DNA of 64,000 nucleotides. It comes from an uncultured Flavonifractor sp. (GTDB lineage: Bacteria > Bacillota > Clostridia > Oscillospirales > Oscillospiraceae). The stretch covers positions 15,476-79,475 of the forward strand of contig CALWXT010000002.1 of NCBI GenBank assembly GCA_944385575.1, written 5' to 3'. Below the pieces are notes generated by a model. It did not search any database. It was not told where the DNA came from and was given only the letters and a program-made list of their open reading frames with translations. Both the position numbers and the translations under genes were made by a program. Shown one piece after another: positions 1 to 10,937 of the stretch; the stretch's first letter is position 1; each line of letters starts with the position of its first letter.

Positions 1-264
1 GGCCTGATCCTGTACGATCCCCTGTGGGGGACGGCAGCCTGTGTGACCGGACTGGCCATCACCCTTATTACCGGCTGGCTGCCCCTGGGCGCGGTGGTCA
101 TTCCGGTGGTCTACCTTCCTCTGGCCCTGCTCTTTCGGGGCTGGGAGGCGGGCGCGCTGGCGCTGGTGCTGACGGTGCTGATGATAAGCCGCCACCGCCG
201 GGGACTGGAGCGGATCAGACGGGGCGAGGAGCCGAGAAAATTCCGCCCAAACAAATCAGAGTAA
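1..264 (+). CDS. plsY: Glycerol-3-phosphate acyltransferase PlsY-like membrane protein, 3' part (5' truncated by window)
   Basis: Hydrophobic helices ending in RHRRGLERIRRGEE, resembling the PlsY C-terminal RHxxNIxRL..G.E motif; frame open from base 1. Confidence 0.6.
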   Translation, partial: GLILYDPLWGTAACVTGLAITLITGWLPLGAVVIPVVYLPLALLFRGWEAGALALVLTVLMISRHRRGLERIRRGEEPRKFRPNKSE

Positions 265-283
265 CAAAATCGAGGGATGCCTG

Positions 284-787
284 ATGCACGACGAACTGAC
301 GCAAAAAGATCTTCAAATGATGAAGGAGGAGCTGGACTACCGTCGGATCCAGCTCCGTCCCCAGCTGCTGGAAGCGGTGAAGGAGGCCCGGGCCTTCGGG
401 GATCTGAGCGAGAATTTTGAATACAAGGCGGCCAAGCAGGAGAAAAACCGCAATGAGGGCCGCATCCGCTACCTGGAGAATATGATCCGCACTGCCCGGG
501 TGATCCGGGAGGAGCCGGTATCCGACGGGGTGAGCCTGTACGATAAGGTGACGGTCTATCTGGAGGATGAGGACGACACCGAGACCTACCAGGTGGTGAC
601 AACCATGCGGCAGGACGCCCTCCACGGCCTTATCAGCAAGGAGTCCCCTGTGGGCAAGGCCCTGCTGGGCCGCAAGGTGGGGGAGATCGTACATATCCAG
701 GTCAACGAGACCTTTGGCTACGATGTAAAGATCCTCTCTATCGAGAAGGGGGAGGACGACGGCTCCGTGCCCCTGCGGGGCTATTAA
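284..787 (+). CDS. greA: Transcription elongation factor GreA
   Basis: ARAFGDLSENFEYKAAK and ISKESPVGKALLG motifs. Confidence 0.95.
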   Translation: MHDELTQKDLQMMKEELDYRRIQLRPQLLEAVKEARAFGDLSENFEYKAAKQEKNRNEGRIRYLENMIRTARVIREEPVSDGVSLYDKVTVYLEDEDDTETYQVVTTMRQDALHGLISKESPVGKALLGRKVGEIVHIQVNETFGYDVKILSIEKGEDDGSVPLRGY

Positions 788-789
788 AA

Positions 790-813
790 AGCGGGAACGA
801 ACCCGTTCCCGCT
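790..813. terminator. Intrinsic terminator hairpin between convergent genes
   Basis: AGCGGGAACG-aacc-CGTTCCCGCT perfect 10-bp stem with upstream A-run. Confidence 0.8.
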
Positions 814-1192
814 AAAGAAGGTTTTTCAGGGTCAGCTGCTCCGCTTCATAGAGCAGCTGGATCTGGGTGATCAGCCGGGCGTTGGCGGCGGCATACTCGC
901 CGTATTCCCGGCTGTCCAACAGGGCCAGTGTCTCCCGGAACCCGGCGTAGATGCTGTCGGTGTCGGCGTGACGAAGCAGGACGTGGAGATAAACGTCCCG
1001 GTCCGCCCAGGTGTCCTTGGCCTGATCGGTAAGCGTCCTGGCCTGCTCCCATTGCTCTGCCGCCGCCAGCTCGTCCGCTTGCTCCAGCAGGCCGGCCAGG
1101 GTGTCGGTAAAGCCGTGGAGAGAGCGGATATGGAACAGGGTTCCGGTAAAGATTGCCCCCAAAAGGAGCAGCGCGATCCAGAAGCGTTTCAC
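812..1192 (-). CDS. DUF4363-like membrane-anchored protein
   Basis: N-terminal TM, helical body ending TLKNLL; overlaps the stop of the DUF421 gene. Confidence 0.75.
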   Translation of the reverse strand: MKRFWIALLLLGAIFTGTLFHIRSLHGFTDTLAGLLEQADELAAAEQWEQARTLTDQAKDTWADRDVYLHVLLRHADTDSIYAGFRETLALLDSREYGEYAAANARLITQIQLLYEAEQLTLKNLL

Positions 1193-1869
1193 TTGTCCGC
1201 CTCCTTTTTTGCCAGATAAACGGTATTTTGCTCATCCACCGTCAATAGGAAAACATCTTCCGTCCGTTGGACGTTGTGCTGACGCAGCTGGTTTTTCAGC
1301 CACTGCTCACTGAGCCCCCGGCTATGCAGGGTGCGTGTGATGACCCGGCCATCATTGATGATGACCATGGGCAGTCCCGGCTCCTGAGGAGTCAGGCCCA
1401 TCTGCCGGGCGGTGACCGGCTGCTGGGCGGCGTAGAGCAGAACGGAGATCTGGCCGTTGGTTTCCAGAATGGCATACTTGACGGCGGACAGGTCGGTGAT
1501 CCCCTTCATCCGCAATTCCTCCATCAGCTCGTCCAGCGTGAAGCGGTTTTTCCGCATTTCGCTCTGCCGCAGCTTTCCGTTTTCCACGATGACACTGGGG
1601 CGGCCGCAGAGTACCGCCCGGAAGCGGACGCTTTTCATGGTGAGCACTGACAGAGCCATGGTCAGGCAGAGCAGGGTGAGGATGGGGATAAGACCGGTGA
1701 GCAGGGGGATGCCGAAATCCTGCATGGGCACGGCGGCCAGATCGGCAATGAGCAGGGCAAGCACCAACTCGGAGGGCTCCAGCTCGCCCACCTGACGCTT
1801 GCCCATGAGCCGGATGCCTATGATAATGAAAGCATACAGAATAATGGTGCGCAGAAAGGCGATGACCAT
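1189..1869 (-). CDS. DUF421/YetF-family membrane protein
   Basis: RLMGKRQVGEL and AILETNGQISV motifs; GGAGG RBS before ATG at 1869 (shorter than the ORF track call). Confidence 0.9.
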   Translation of the reverse strand: MVIAFLRTIILYAFIIIGIRLMGKRQVGELEPSELVLALLIADLAAVPMQDFGIPLLTGLIPILTLLCLTMALSVLTMKSVRFRAVLCGRPSVIVENGKLRQSEMRKNRFTLDELMEELRMKGITDLSAVKYAILETNGQISVLLYAAQQPVTARQMGLTPQEPGLPMVIINDGRVITRTLHSRGLSEQWLKNQLRQHNVQRTEDVFLLTVDEQNTVYLAKKEADK

Positions 1870-1905
1870 AACAGACCTCCCAAAACACGGGCTTACTGGT
1901 TCAGT

Positions 1906-2781
1906 ATGGCCGTGGGAACCGCCATTATGCGGGAGATGTATAAAAGAAAGGAGCTTTTCTTGAAAAAGAGAACGAAAACGTTGCTGCTGGCAGGCGGGAT
2001 CGTGGCCGGCCTGCTGGTGTGGAACGGTTTGGATACCAGTTTGACGATCAGAGAATATGCGGTGGAGAGCAAAAAGGTGGATCACCCGGTGCGCCTGGCG
2101 CTGCTCACCGATCTGCACTGCTGTTACTACGGGGAAGGCCAGCGGGAGCTGCTGGACGCGGTGGCAGCGCAGAAGCCCGACCTGGTGGTGCTCAGCGGAG
2201 ACATTGTGGATGACGATCCCAGCATGCCCGAGGAGCGGGCTCTGGCCACCGTAGAGTCTCTGGCAGAGCAGTGGCCGGTCTATTATGTGACCGGCAACCA
2301 TGAATTCCGAACCGGCCGGGTGGACGAGATCAAGGCGGAGCTGCGCGACCGGGGCGCGGTAGTGCTGGAGGGGGAGACCGCGCTGGTAACGGCGGCGGGC
2401 CAGACCATTCAGATCTGCGGTATCGACGATCCCGGCGTAGGGGCAAGCGCCTGGCAGCGGCAGCTGGATGATGTGACCTCTGCCCTGGAGGCGGATGTGT
2501 TTTCCGTACTGCTCACCCACCGGCCCGAGAGGGTGGAGGACTATACCGGTCGGGGCTTTGACCTGGTGCTGGCGGGCCACGCTCATGGGGGGCAGTGGCG
2601 AATACCTGGTCTCATCAATGGCCTTCTCGCCCCTAACCAGGGACTCTTTCCCCAGTATGCAGGCGGCGAATACGATCTGGATGGCACCACCCTTATCGTC
2701 AGCCGAGGCCTGGCCCGGGAGAGTACCCGTGTTCCCCGCTTCTATAATCCACCGGAAGTGGTGATCATTGAGGTGACATAA
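1906..2781 (+). CDS. Calcineurin-like metallophosphoesterase (YkuE-like)
   Basis: DLH, GDIVD, GNHE, GHAHGGQ and SRG motifs; N-terminal TM; start uncertain. Confidence 0.9.
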   Translation: MAVGTAIMREMYKRKELFLKKRTKTLLLAGGIVAGLLVWNGLDTSLTIREYAVESKKVDHPVRLALLTDLHCCYYGEGQRELLDAVAAQKPDLVVLSGDIVDDDPSMPEERALATVESLAEQWPVYYVTGNHEFRTGRVDEIKAELRDRGAVVLEGETALVTAAGQTIQICGIDDPGVGASAWQRQLDDVTSALEADVFSVLLTHRPERVEDYTGRGFDLVLAGHAHGGQWRIPGLINGLLAPNQGLFPQYAGGEYDLDGTTLIVSRGLARESTRVPRFYNPPEVVIIEVT

Positions 2782-4748
2782 AAACAGGAGGGTACGGAAC
2801 CGTGATTCCGTACCCTCCTGTTTTTGATCCCGTATTCTTTTGTAATATGCAAAGTCCCGGTGGTACCCCGGGGTACCTTCACCTGGAAGATGTGAACTGC
2901 GCCGTCGCCGTCGTGCTCCGGGTCTACAGTGAGCACGCCAACCTCCTGTGTGCCGTCCTCTGTCTGGAGGCTCAGCCGGGCCAGCTGCACAGGTGTTTTG
3001 ACTTCCCCGTCGGTGGTGAGGGTTACCGTATAGGTGGCGAAGTCGTCCGCGTAGTCCGTCAGTGCAAAGGTAAACTGGTTTCGGAGGGTCACACCGCCGG
3101 AGGTGATCGTGTCACTTAGCCAGGCACTGAACTGCCGGTCCATACTGGCCTCTGCCACTGTCAGACTGGTGTCAGGCACCAGAAAATCCATAGCGACGCT
3201 CCCGCCGTCGGCCTCAGCGGTGACGGTGCACCGGCCGGGGGACAGGGCGGTGACCACAAAGGAGGCGCCGCGGTTGTCAGTAAAGTCCCGGTCTACCTTC
3301 AGAATATCCGGCCGGGAGGTGGAGTAGTTCACATCCGCCCCCACAGGGCCGTCCATACCGGCGTCAAAGTACCAGGCGTAATAGTAGGGGATGAACGGGT
3401 CGTAGGGCCGGCTGGGGTTGTAGATGCACAGGGCGTTCTGCGCCTTGTCCTCCAGGCAGACCACCCAAGTTTCCCCAATCTGGGGACACTCGGAGCTCTG
3501 GAAGGGCTCAGCAAAGGCCAGACCGGCGGAAGGACGGTCCTCTGCCGGGTCGTGGATGGTGACAGTGCAGGACTCCGTCCCCGCTCCGGCGATGACGGCC
3601 CGCACCGTGGCGGTGCCCGGCTCCAGGCCTGTGACGGTGCAGGATTGATCCTCATTTACTTGGAGAGAGGCCGCCTGGACTCCACCGGAGGGGAAGGCGA
3701 TCTCCCAGTACACACCGTCGTTGCTTGCGTTGCTGGGGATAGGGGCGGCGGTGAGGCGGAAGGTCTCACCCGTGTCCAGGTCCAGCTGACGGATGGAGAT
3801 GCCCACGCCGGTAGCGGGGATCAGTTCATTTTCAACCCGGACCAGGCAGGCGGCGGAAGCATTTCCGACCTTGGCTGTAATGGTAGCGGTGCCCGCCGCC
3901 AGGGCGGTGACTGTCCCGTTTTTGTCCACGGTGGCCACGGCGGGGGCCGAGCTGGTCCAGGTCAAAGATGTTCCCGCCGGTTCCGCCGTGGCGGTAAGCT
4001 GGGTGCTGTCCCCCACGGTGAGGGTGAGACTGTCGCGGTCCAGGTATACCCGTTCAACTCCATCCTGCCGTTCCAGGGTGAGGGCCTGCCGCAGGCTGGG
4101 GCGTACCAGCCGGGTGACCAAAGCGGCCACGCTGGACCGGTCGATCACGGTGTCCGGATGGAAGGTGCCCTTCCCGTCGCTGCCGGTGAGCACGCCGGCC
4201 CGGTAGAGCAGGTAGATGGCGTCGTAGTGCGCTGCCCCTTCCGGCACATCAGGGATCATGCCGTCGTCCACCGTGTTGATGGGCTCCAGCGCTTCTGCTG
4301 GAAGGGCGCTGGCCAAAATGGCAGCGAACTGATCCCGGTGGGCGTAGGTCTTCGGGGAAGTAGCGGCTTCTGCGGTGAAGATGCCGTTTTCTCCGGCATA
4401 GTCCAGATAGACCTGGTACCAAGGGGAACCCTGGGCAAACTCTGCCGCTCCGGTATGGTAGATGCTGTGGATGCGTGCAGCCAGAGCCACCGTCTCAGCC
4501 AGGGTGATGGTCATGCCTGGCTCAAACTCTCCCTTGCCGGTGCCCTGCATGAGGCCCAACTCATAGGCCGCTCCCACACTTTCCCCATACCAGCTGGAGG
4601 CGGGTACATCCCGGAAGGTACCGGAGGTATAGGTGTTGACCGGCTGAAAGTTTTTGAGCCCGTCCGCGTTTGCTGCAAAGCCAGGAATGGTAAGGAGTAT
4701 TACGGATGTCAATGCAGCCGCCAAAAATCGCCTGACGTGTCTCATCAT
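2742..4748 (-). CDS. Secreted S-layer-homology (SLH) protein with Big_2 Ig-like domains
   Basis: Signal peptide; SLH repeats (FRDVPASSWY..GLMQG; IPDVPEG..GVLTG..FHPD); Ig2 motif WTSSAPAVATVD. Confidence 0.85.
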   Translation of the reverse strand: MMRHVRRFLAAALTSVILLTIPGFAANADGLKNFQPVNTYTSGTFRDVPASSWYGESVGAAYELGLMQGTGKGEFEPGMTITLAETVALAARIHSIYHTGAAEFAQGSPWYQVYLDYAGENGIFTAEAATSPKTYAHRDQFAAILASALPAEALEPINTVDDGMIPDVPEGAAHYDAIYLLYRAGVLTGSDGKGTFHPDTVIDRSSVAALVTRLVRPSLRQALTLERQDGVERVYLDRDSLTLTVGDSTQLTATAEPAGTSLTWTSSAPAVATVDKNGTVTALAAGTATITAKVGNASAACLVRVENELIPATGVGISIRQLDLDTGETFRLTAAPIPSNASNDGVYWEIAFPSGGVQAASLQVNEDQSCTVTGLEPGTATVRAVIAGAGTESCTVTIHDPAEDRPSAGLAFAEPFQSSECPQIGETWVVCLEDKAQNALCIYNPSRPYDPFIPYYYAWYFDAGMDGPVGADVNYSTSRPDILKVDRDFTDNRGASFVVTALSPGRCTVTAEADGGSVAMDFLVPDTSLTVAEASMDRQFSAWLSDTITSGGVTLRNQFTFALTDYADDFATYTVTLTTDGEVKTPVQLARLSLQTEDGTQEVGVLTVDPEHDGDGAVHIFQVKVPRGTTGTLHITKEYGIKNRRVRNHGSVPSCFYVTSMITTSGGL
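2780..2825. terminator. Bidirectional intrinsic terminator
   Basis: AAAAACAGGAGGGTACGGAA-N6-TTCCGTACCCTCCTGTTTTT perfect inverted repeat. Confidence 0.9.
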
Positions 4749-5055
4749 AGAATCTCCTTTCCGTTCTGGGACGAAACCTCACTGTGTAGTCTAGAGTAGC
4801 ACAGCTTTTTTTATAAAGCAATATTGTGCTAATGCAGGATTATTCGGTAATCTGAGACGAATTTCGAGAAAAAATACCTAAATAAAAATATTGTTGAAAA
4901 CAAAATATTTTGGATTGTTCAAGCGCGAAGAGCGGAAAAACAGATAGAATTTTCTTGTTTTTTGTCCAAAATTCCAATTTTTCAAAAAGAGGAAAAAGTC
5001 GGTTGCCATAGGAATTTTTTTCGGGTATACTCAAAAAGATAATTAAGGGAAAGGC

Positions 5056-6153
5056 GTGATGCAGGAGATGAAAGCGACCTTGATCTTGGAGAGCGGCGCA
5101 ATGTTTCAGGGCGTCAGCATCGGCTCTCCGGCAGACCGGGTGTGCGAGATGGTGTTCAACACCTCTATGACCGGCTACCAGGAGATTTTGACCGACCCCT
5201 CCTATGCAGGACAGGGCATTGTGATGAGCTATCCCCTCATTGGTAATTATGGCGTGAATCACGAGGATAACGAGTCCTCCCGTCCCTGGGTGGAGGCGTT
5301 TATTGTCCGTCATCTGTCCCGCCGTGGGAGCAATTTCCGCTGCGAGGGTGAGCTGGACGCTTATTTGAAGCAATATGATATTACCGGGATCGAGGGCGTT
5401 GATACCCGGGCATTGACCAGAATACTCCGCAGTCAGGGGACCATGAATGGCATGATCACCTGTGCGGAGCATTTTCATGTAGAGGAGTGCCTGGAGCGCA
5501 TCCGTGCCTACCGGGTGGAGGGCACCGTAGAGAAGGTGACCCGCAAGGAGGCCCAGGTCTATCCCGCCCTTACCACGCAGCAGCTCCGGGTGGCTTTGAT
5601 GGACTACGGCGTGAAGGAGAACATGATCCGCTGCCTCCAGAAGCGGGGCTGCCAGGTGACGGTTTACCCCGCCCACACCCCGGCGGAGACCATCCTCACC
5701 GGCGGCTTTGACGGCGTGATGCTGTCCAACGGCCCCGGTGACCCGGCGGATAACGTGGAGATCATCAAAGAGGTGCGCAAGCTCTACGAGTCTAAGATGC
5801 CTCTGTTTGCCGTCTGTCTGGGCCACCAGCTGCTGGCTCTGGCTACCGGCGCCGAGACCAGAAAGATGCGCTTCGGCCACCGGGGCGGCAACCACCCGGT
5901 GAAGGATCTGGCCGCCGGCCGGGCCTTCATCACCAGTCAGAACCACGGCTATGTGGTCACCGCCGAGAGCGTAGACCCCGCTGTGGCGGAGATTTCCCAC
6001 GTCAACGTCAACGAGGGCAGTGTGGAGGGCCTGAAGTACAAGCGGCCCAACTGCTTCACCGTCCAGTTCCACCCCGAGGCCTCTCCCGGACCCATGGACA
6101 CGGAATATCTCTTTGACCGCTTTGTGGACAGCATGAAGGGAGGGGATCGGTAA
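5056..6153 (+). CDS. carA: Carbamoyl-phosphate synthase small subunit
   Basis: [29 protein letters not shown]. Confidence 0.97.
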   Translation: MMQEMKATLILESGAMFQGVSIGSPADRVCEMVFNTSMTGYQEILTDPSYAGQGIVMSYPLIGNYGVNHEDNESSRPWVEAFIVRHLSRRGSNFRCEGELDAYLKQYDITGIEGVDTRALTRILRSQGTMNGMITCAEHFHVEECLERIRAYRVEGTVEKVTRKEAQVYPALTTQQLRVALMDYGVKENMIRCLQKRGCQVTVYPAHTPAETILTGGFDGVMLSNGPGDPADNVEIIKEVRKLYESKMPLFAVCLGHQLLALATGAETRKMRFGHRGGNHPVKDLAAGRAFITSQNHGYVVTAESVDPAVAEISHVNVNEGSVEGLKYKRPNCFTVQFHPEASPGPMDTEYLFDRFVDSMKGGDR

Positions 6154-9100
6154 TGCCTAAGAATCCGAATATTAAGAAGGTATTGGTGCTGGGCTCCGGC
6201 CCCATCGTTATCGGCCAGGCCGCTGAGTTTGACTACGCCGGTACCCAGGCCTGCCGCGCCCTGAAAGAGGAGGGTGTGGAGGTGGTGCTGGTCAACTCCA
6301 ACCCGGCCACCATCATGACCGATAAGGACATCGCAGACCATGTGTATATCGAGCCGCTGAACATTGCCAGCGTGGAGCAGGTCATCCAGAAGGAGCGGCC
6401 CGACTCCATCCTCCCCACCCTGGGAGGCCAGACGGGCCTCAACCTGGCCATGAACCTGCACGAGCAGGGAATTCTGGACCAGTACGGTGTGCGCCTGCTG
6501 GGCACCAGCCCCGAGTCCATCCGCAAGGCGGAGGACCGCCAGGGCTTTAAGGACGCCATGGAGGCCATCGGCCAGCCCTGCGTCACCTCCGACGTGGTGG
6601 AGAGCGTGGAGGACGCCGTAGCCTTTGCCGGCAGCATCGGCTATCCCGTCATCGTCCGTCCGGCCTACACCCTGGGCGGCACCGGCGGCGGTATCGCCTA
6701 CGATGAGATGTCTCTGCGGGAGATCGCAGACCGGGGCATCCACCTCAGCCGTGTGGGTCAGGTGCTCATCGAGCGGTGTATCTCCGGCTGGAAGGAGATC
6801 GAGTTCGAGGTCATGCGGGACTCTGCCGGCAACGTGATCCAGATCTGCTCCATGGAGAACGTGGACCCTGTGGGCGTCCACACTGGCGACTCTATCGTGG
6901 TGGCCCCCACTCAAACCCTGGCCAACCGGGAGTTCCAGATGCTCCGCAAGGCATCCCTGGATATCATCTCCGCCCTGGAGATCGAGGGCGGCTGCAACGT
7001 CCAGTTGGCCCTCAACCCCGACAGCTTTGAGTATGCCGTCATTGAGGTCAACCCCCGTGTGTCCCGCTCCTCCGCCCTGGCCTCCAAGGCCACCGGCTAT
7101 CCCATTGCCAAGGTGGCGGCCAAGATCGCTTTGGGCTACACCCTGGACGAGATCCCCAACGCAGTGACCGGCAAGACCACCGCCTGCTTTGAGCCCACCC
7201 TGGACTACTGCGTGCTCAAGATTCCCCGCCTGCCCTTTGATAAGTTCACCACCGCCAGCCGCACTCTGGGCACCCAGATGAAGGCCACCGGCGAGGTCAT
7301 GGCCATCGGCAACTCCTTTGAGGGCGCCCTGATGAAGGCTATCCGTTCTCTGGAACTGCCGGTGAAGTCCCTCCGCCTGTCCGGCCTGGACGAGCTGTAC
7401 ACCGAGGAGATCGAGGATCGCCTGGTGAACATCGACGACCAGCGTCTCTTTGTGGTGGCGGAGGCCCTCCGCCGGGGCTTCTCGCCTGAGAAGATCAACA
7501 AGATCACCAAGTATGACCTGTGGTTCCTGGACCGCCTCCAGGCCATTGTGGATATGGAGGACAAGCTGGACCACGGCCATCTGGACGCCGACACTCTGCG
7601 TCAGGCCAAGGAGATGGGCTTCTCCGACGCCTGGATTGCCGCCCTGTCCGGCAAGGAGCGGGGAGAGATCAAGACGCTGCGGGAGAGCTACGGCATTGTG
7701 CCCTCTTTCAAAATGGTGGACACCTGTGCCGCTGAGTTTGAGGCTCAGACCCCCTATTACTACTCTACCTATGATGCGGAGAACGAGGCGGCGGAGGAAC
7801 TGCACCTGCCCAATGTGGGCGAGCTGGCTCCCCACATCCCGGAGGCTCCCTACCTGACTGCTGCCGCCGCGGAGCCTCACCGCAAGGCCCCGGCTGAGGA
7901 GCGCAAGAAGGTGCTGGTGCTGGGCTCCGGCCCCATCCGTATCGGCCAGGGCATCGAGTTTGACTACTGCTCTGTCCACTCCGTCTGGGCCTTCAAGCGT
8001 CTGGGCTATGAGACCATCATCATCAACAACAACCCCGAGACCGTGTCTACCGACTTCGACGTGGCTGATAAGCTGTACTTCGAGCCGCTGACTGCCGAGG
8101 ACGTAGAGGCCGTGGTGGAGCTGGAGAAGCCCTGGGGCGCCGTGGTGCAGTTCGGTGGTCAGACCGCCATCAAGCTGGTCCAGGCCCTGACCAATATGGG
8201 CGTGCCCATCCTGGGTACCTCCGCCGACGGCGTGGACGCCGCCGAGGACCGGGAGCGGTTTGACGAGATTCTGAACCAGTGCCACATCCCCCGTGCCGCC
8301 GGCAAGACCGTATTTACCACCGAGCAGGCTCTGGAAGCCGCCCACGAAGTGGGCTACCCTGTTCTGGTGCGCCCCTCCTACGTGCTGGGCGGCCAGGGCA
8401 TGGAGATTGCCTACAACGACCGCAACATCATCGAGTTCATGCGCATCATCAACCAGGTGGAGCAGGAGCATCCCATTCTGGTGGACAAGTACCTCATGGG
8501 CCGTGAGGTAGAGGTGGACGGCGTGTTCGACGGGGAGGATCTGCTCATCCCCGGCATCATGGAGCACATCGAGCGGGCCGGCGTCCATTCCGGCGACAGT
8601 ATTTCTGTCTATCCTCCCATCCACATCGAGCAGAAGCACAAGGACACCATCTACCGCTACACCTACGACCTGTCCAAGGCTCTGGGCGTGGTGGGCCTGG
8701 TGAATATCCAGTTCGTCATCTACGACGATACCGTGTACGTCATCGAGGTCAATCCCCGCTCCTCCCGTACCATTCCCTATATCTCCAAGGTCACCGGTGT
8801 GCCCATCATCGACCTGGCCACCAAGGTCATGCTGGGCCAGAAGCTGAAGGACCTGGGCTACGGTACCGGCATCTATAAGGAGGCCGACTACTACGCCGTG
8901 AAGATGCCGGTCTTCTCCTTCGAGAAGCTGACTGACGTGGACACCGGCCTTGGCCCCGAGATGAAGTCTACCGGCGAGTGCCTGGGTCTGGCTGAATCCT
9001 TCCCCCAGGCTCTGCTGAAGGCCTTTAAGGGTGCCAACATGAAGGCTCCCAAGAAGGGTGGACGGATCATCGTCACCGTCAAGGACGAGGACAAGGGAGA

Positions 9101-9449
9101 GCTGATCGGCATTGCCCAGGGCTTTGCCGATATGGGCATCGAAATCCTGGCTACCAGCGGTACCTGCGACGCCCTCAACGCCGCCGGCATCCCCGCCCGT
9201 AAGGTGGCCCGTGTCTCCGAGGCTCACCCCAATATCCTGGACATGATCGCCTCCGGCACCGTGGACCTGGTCATCAACACGCCCACCCGGGGCCGCCGCC
9301 ACGATACCGACGGCTTCCGCATCCGCCGCTCCACCGTGGAGCACTCTGTGGCCTGCATCACCGCCATTGATACAGCCCGGGCCATGCTCACCGTCCGCAC
9401 CCAGGGTCGTTCCTCCGACCTGCGGCCCATTGATATTACCCAGATCTAA
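6153..9449 (+). CDS. carB: Carbamoyl-phosphate synthase large subunit
   Basis: [15 protein letters not shown], two ATP-grasp halves, C-terminal MGS domain; TAATG coupling with carA. Confidence 0.97.
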   Translation: MPKNPNIKKVLVLGSGPIVIGQAAEFDYAGTQACRALKEEGVEVVLVNSNPATIMTDKDIADHVYIEPLNIASVEQVIQKERPDSILPTLGGQTGLNLAMNLHEQGILDQYGVRLLGTSPESIRKAEDRQGFKDAMEAIGQPCVTSDVVESVEDAVAFAGSIGYPVIVRPAYTLGGTGGGIAYDEMSLREIADRGIHLSRVGQVLIERCISGWKEIEFEVMRDSAGNVIQICSMENVDPVGVHTGDSIVVAPTQTLANREFQMLRKASLDIISALEIEGGCNVQLALNPDSFEYAVIEVNPRVSRSSALASKATGYPIAKVAAKIALGYTLDEIPNAVTGKTTACFEPTLDYCVLKIPRLPFDKFTTASRTLGTQMKATGEVMAIGNSFEGALMKAIRSLELPVKSLRLSGLDELYTEEIEDRLVNIDDQRLFVVAEALRRGFSPEKINKITKYDLWFLDRLQAIVDMEDKLDHGHLDADTLRQAKEMGFSDAWIAALSGKERGEIKTLRESYGIVPSFKMVDTCAAEFEAQTPYYYSTYDAENEAAEELHLPNVGELAPHIPEAPYLTAAAAEPHRKAPAEERKKVLVLGSGPIRIGQGIEFDYCSVHSVWAFKRLGYETIIINNNPETVSTDFDVADKLYFEPLTAEDVEAVVELEKPWGAVVQFGGQTAIKLVQALTNMGVPILGTSADGVDAAEDRERFDEILNQCHIPRAAGKTVFTTEQALEAAHEVGYPVLVRPSYVLGGQGMEIAYNDRNIIEFMRIINQVEQEHPILVDKYLMGREVEVDGVFDGEDLLIPGIMEHIERAGVHSGDSISVYPPIHIEQKHKDTIYRYTYDLSKALGVVGLVNIQFVIYDDTVYVIEVNPRSSRTIPYISKVTGVPIIDLATKVMLGQKLKDLGYGTGIYKEADYYAVKMPVFSFEKLTDVDTGLGPEMKSTGECLGLAESFPQALLKAFKGANMKAPKKGGRIIVTVKDEDKGELIGIAQGFADMGIEILATSGTCDALNAAGIPARKVARVSEAHPNILDMIASGTVDLVINTPTRGRRHDTDGFRIRRSTVEHSVACITAIDTARAMLTVRTQGRSSDLRPIDITQI

Positions 9450-9522
9450 ATAAATTGGGAACTTCCTCCTTTCAAATTCGTCTGATATAATAACAGGACA
9501 GAATTTGGAAGGAGGAGTTTTT

Positions 9523-10149
9523 ATGCGCAGATGGTTGGCAATGGCTCTGGCGGCGGGACTGTTGGCCGTGGGACTGTCCGGGTGCGCCATGGAGGCAACC
9601 ACGGAGAAGCCGGTGATCTACCTCTACCCGGAGGAGGAGACCCAGGTGAATGTCAAACTGGACTATGATGGCACGCTGACATCAACTTACCCTTCCTATG
9701 AAAATGGCTGGACGGTGGATGCGGCCCCAGATGGCACCCTCACCGATCCCTCCACCGGGCGGCAGTATTACTGCCTGTACTGGGAGGGGGAGACGGACAC
9801 GGAGTATGACTTCTCCACCGGCTTCTGTGTGGCGGGAGCGGACACCGCCGCTTTTTTGGAGGGTGCTCTGGCCGACCTGGGTCTGACGGAACAAGAGGCC
9901 AACGAGTTTATTATTTACTGGCTGCCCAGGATGGAAGGGAACGCCTGGAACCTGATTTCCTTCCAGACTACGGCCTACACCGACAGCGCTGTGCTTACCA
10001 TTGACCCGGTACCTGATACCCTGATCCGGGTGTTTATGGCCTGGCAGGGCCTGGACGAGCCGGTGGAGGTACAGCCCCAGCGTCTCACCGCCCCGGAGCG
10101 CACCGGCTTCACCGCCGTGGAGTGGGGAGGAACGGAGGTAACGCGATGA
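9523..10149 (+). CDS. Lipoprotein of unknown function (KPVIYLYP family), copy 1
   Basis: Lipobox LSGC; KPVIYLYP...VEWGG; GGAGG RBS before ATG 9523. Confidence 0.8.
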   Translation: MRRWLAMALAAGLLAVGLSGCAMEATTEKPVIYLYPEEETQVNVKLDYDGTLTSTYPSYENGWTVDAAPDGTLTDPSTGRQYYCLYWEGETDTEYDFSTGFCVAGADTAAFLEGALADLGLTEQEANEFIIYWLPRMEGNAWNLISFQTTAYTDSAVLTIDPVPDTLIRVFMAWQGLDEPVEVQPQRLTAPERTGFTAVEWGGTEVTR

Positions 10150-10790
10150 AAAAATGGCTGCTGCTGATGCTGGCTTTGACCCTGCTGGCTGCGGGACTGG
10201 CTGGCTGTGCGAAAAACGTGCATGAGGATGGTGCCGTGGCCCCTGCCAAGCCAGTGATTTATCTTTATCCCGAGCGTGAGACACAAGTCTCCGTCACCCT
10301 GGATTTTGACGGGGAACTGACCTCCACTTACCCGGCGTACGGGGAGGGGTGGACGGTGGACGCTTCTCCCGACGGTACCCTCACTGATCCCCTTACCGGC
10401 AGGGAATACTACTGCCTGTTCTGGGAGGGTGAGACGGACACAGAGTATGACTTCTCCACCGGCTTCTGTGTGGCGGGAGCGGACACCGCCGCTTTCTTGG
10501 AGGATGCTCTGGCCGACCTGGGCCTGACGGAACAAGAGGCCAACGAGTTTATTATTTACTGGCTGCCCAGGATGGAAGGGAACGCCTGGAATCTGATTTC
10601 TTTCCAGACTACGGCCTACACTGACAGTGCTGTGCTTACCATCGACCCGGTACCTGATACCCTGATCCGGGTGTTTATGGCCTGGCAGAGCCTGGACGAG
10701 CCGGCGGAAGTACAGCCCCAGCGTCTCACCGCCCCGGAGCGCATCGGCTTCACCGCCGTGGAGTGGGGCGGAGCGGAGGTCAAATCCTGA
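10146..10790 (+). CDS. Lipoprotein of unknown function (KPVIYLYP family), copy 2
   Basis: Lipobox LAGC; ATGA overlap with copy 1; 3' half nearly identical to copy 1. Confidence 0.8.
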   Translation: MKKWLLLMLALTLLAAGLAGCAKNVHEDGAVAPAKPVIYLYPERETQVSVTLDFDGELTSTYPAYGEGWTVDASPDGTLTDPLTGREYYCLFWEGETDTEYDFSTGFCVAGADTAAFLEDALADLGLTEQEANEFIIYWLPRMEGNAWNLISFQTTAYTDSAVLTIDPVPDTLIRVFMAWQSLDEPAEVQPQRLTAPERIGFTAVEWGGAEVKS

Positions 10791-10793
10791 ATG

Positions 10794-10830
10794 AAAGCCG
10801 CCGAACCAACCGGGTTCGGCGGCTTTTCTT
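10794..10830 (+). terminator. Intrinsic terminator
   Basis: AAAGCCGCCGAACC...GGTTCGGCGGCTTTTCTT. Confidence 0.85.
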
Positions 10831-10839
10831 GTGGAAGCC

Positions 10840-10868
10840 TTGCACTTTGGAGGAAAATGTGATATTCT
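10840..10868 (+). promoter_or_regulatory. Sigma-A promoter of guaA
   Basis: TTGCAC-17 bp-TATTCT with TG extended -10. Confidence 0.6.
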
Positions 10869-10937
10869 AAACCGTAAAATTTTTGCTTGTTGTTTTGGAA
10901 AATATCATAGAAGACTCCATAGAAAGAAGGAACGTGC

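Noticed and set aside
1870-2586. Long N-terminal extension of the DUF421 ORF
   Set aside because: Antisense to the phosphoesterase; a good RBS and ATG exist at 1869
4800-5050. AT-rich carA upstream region with weak ArgR- or CodY-like matches
   Set aside because: Matches too degenerate for an AT-rich stretch; no PyrR attenuator recognised
6175-7970. Duplicated [11 protein letters not shown] sequence in carB
   Set aside because: Known ancient internal duplication of CarB
5949-9602. 1217-aa minus-strand ORF, and similar long ORFs at 10905-12506, 30152-32482 and 48769-50466
   Set aside because: Antisense shadows of GC3-rich genuine genes (carB, guaA, methylase, sheath); no motifs or RBS
10869-10937. 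Purine riboswitch before guaA
   Set aside because: Leader is too short and lacks the aptamer core
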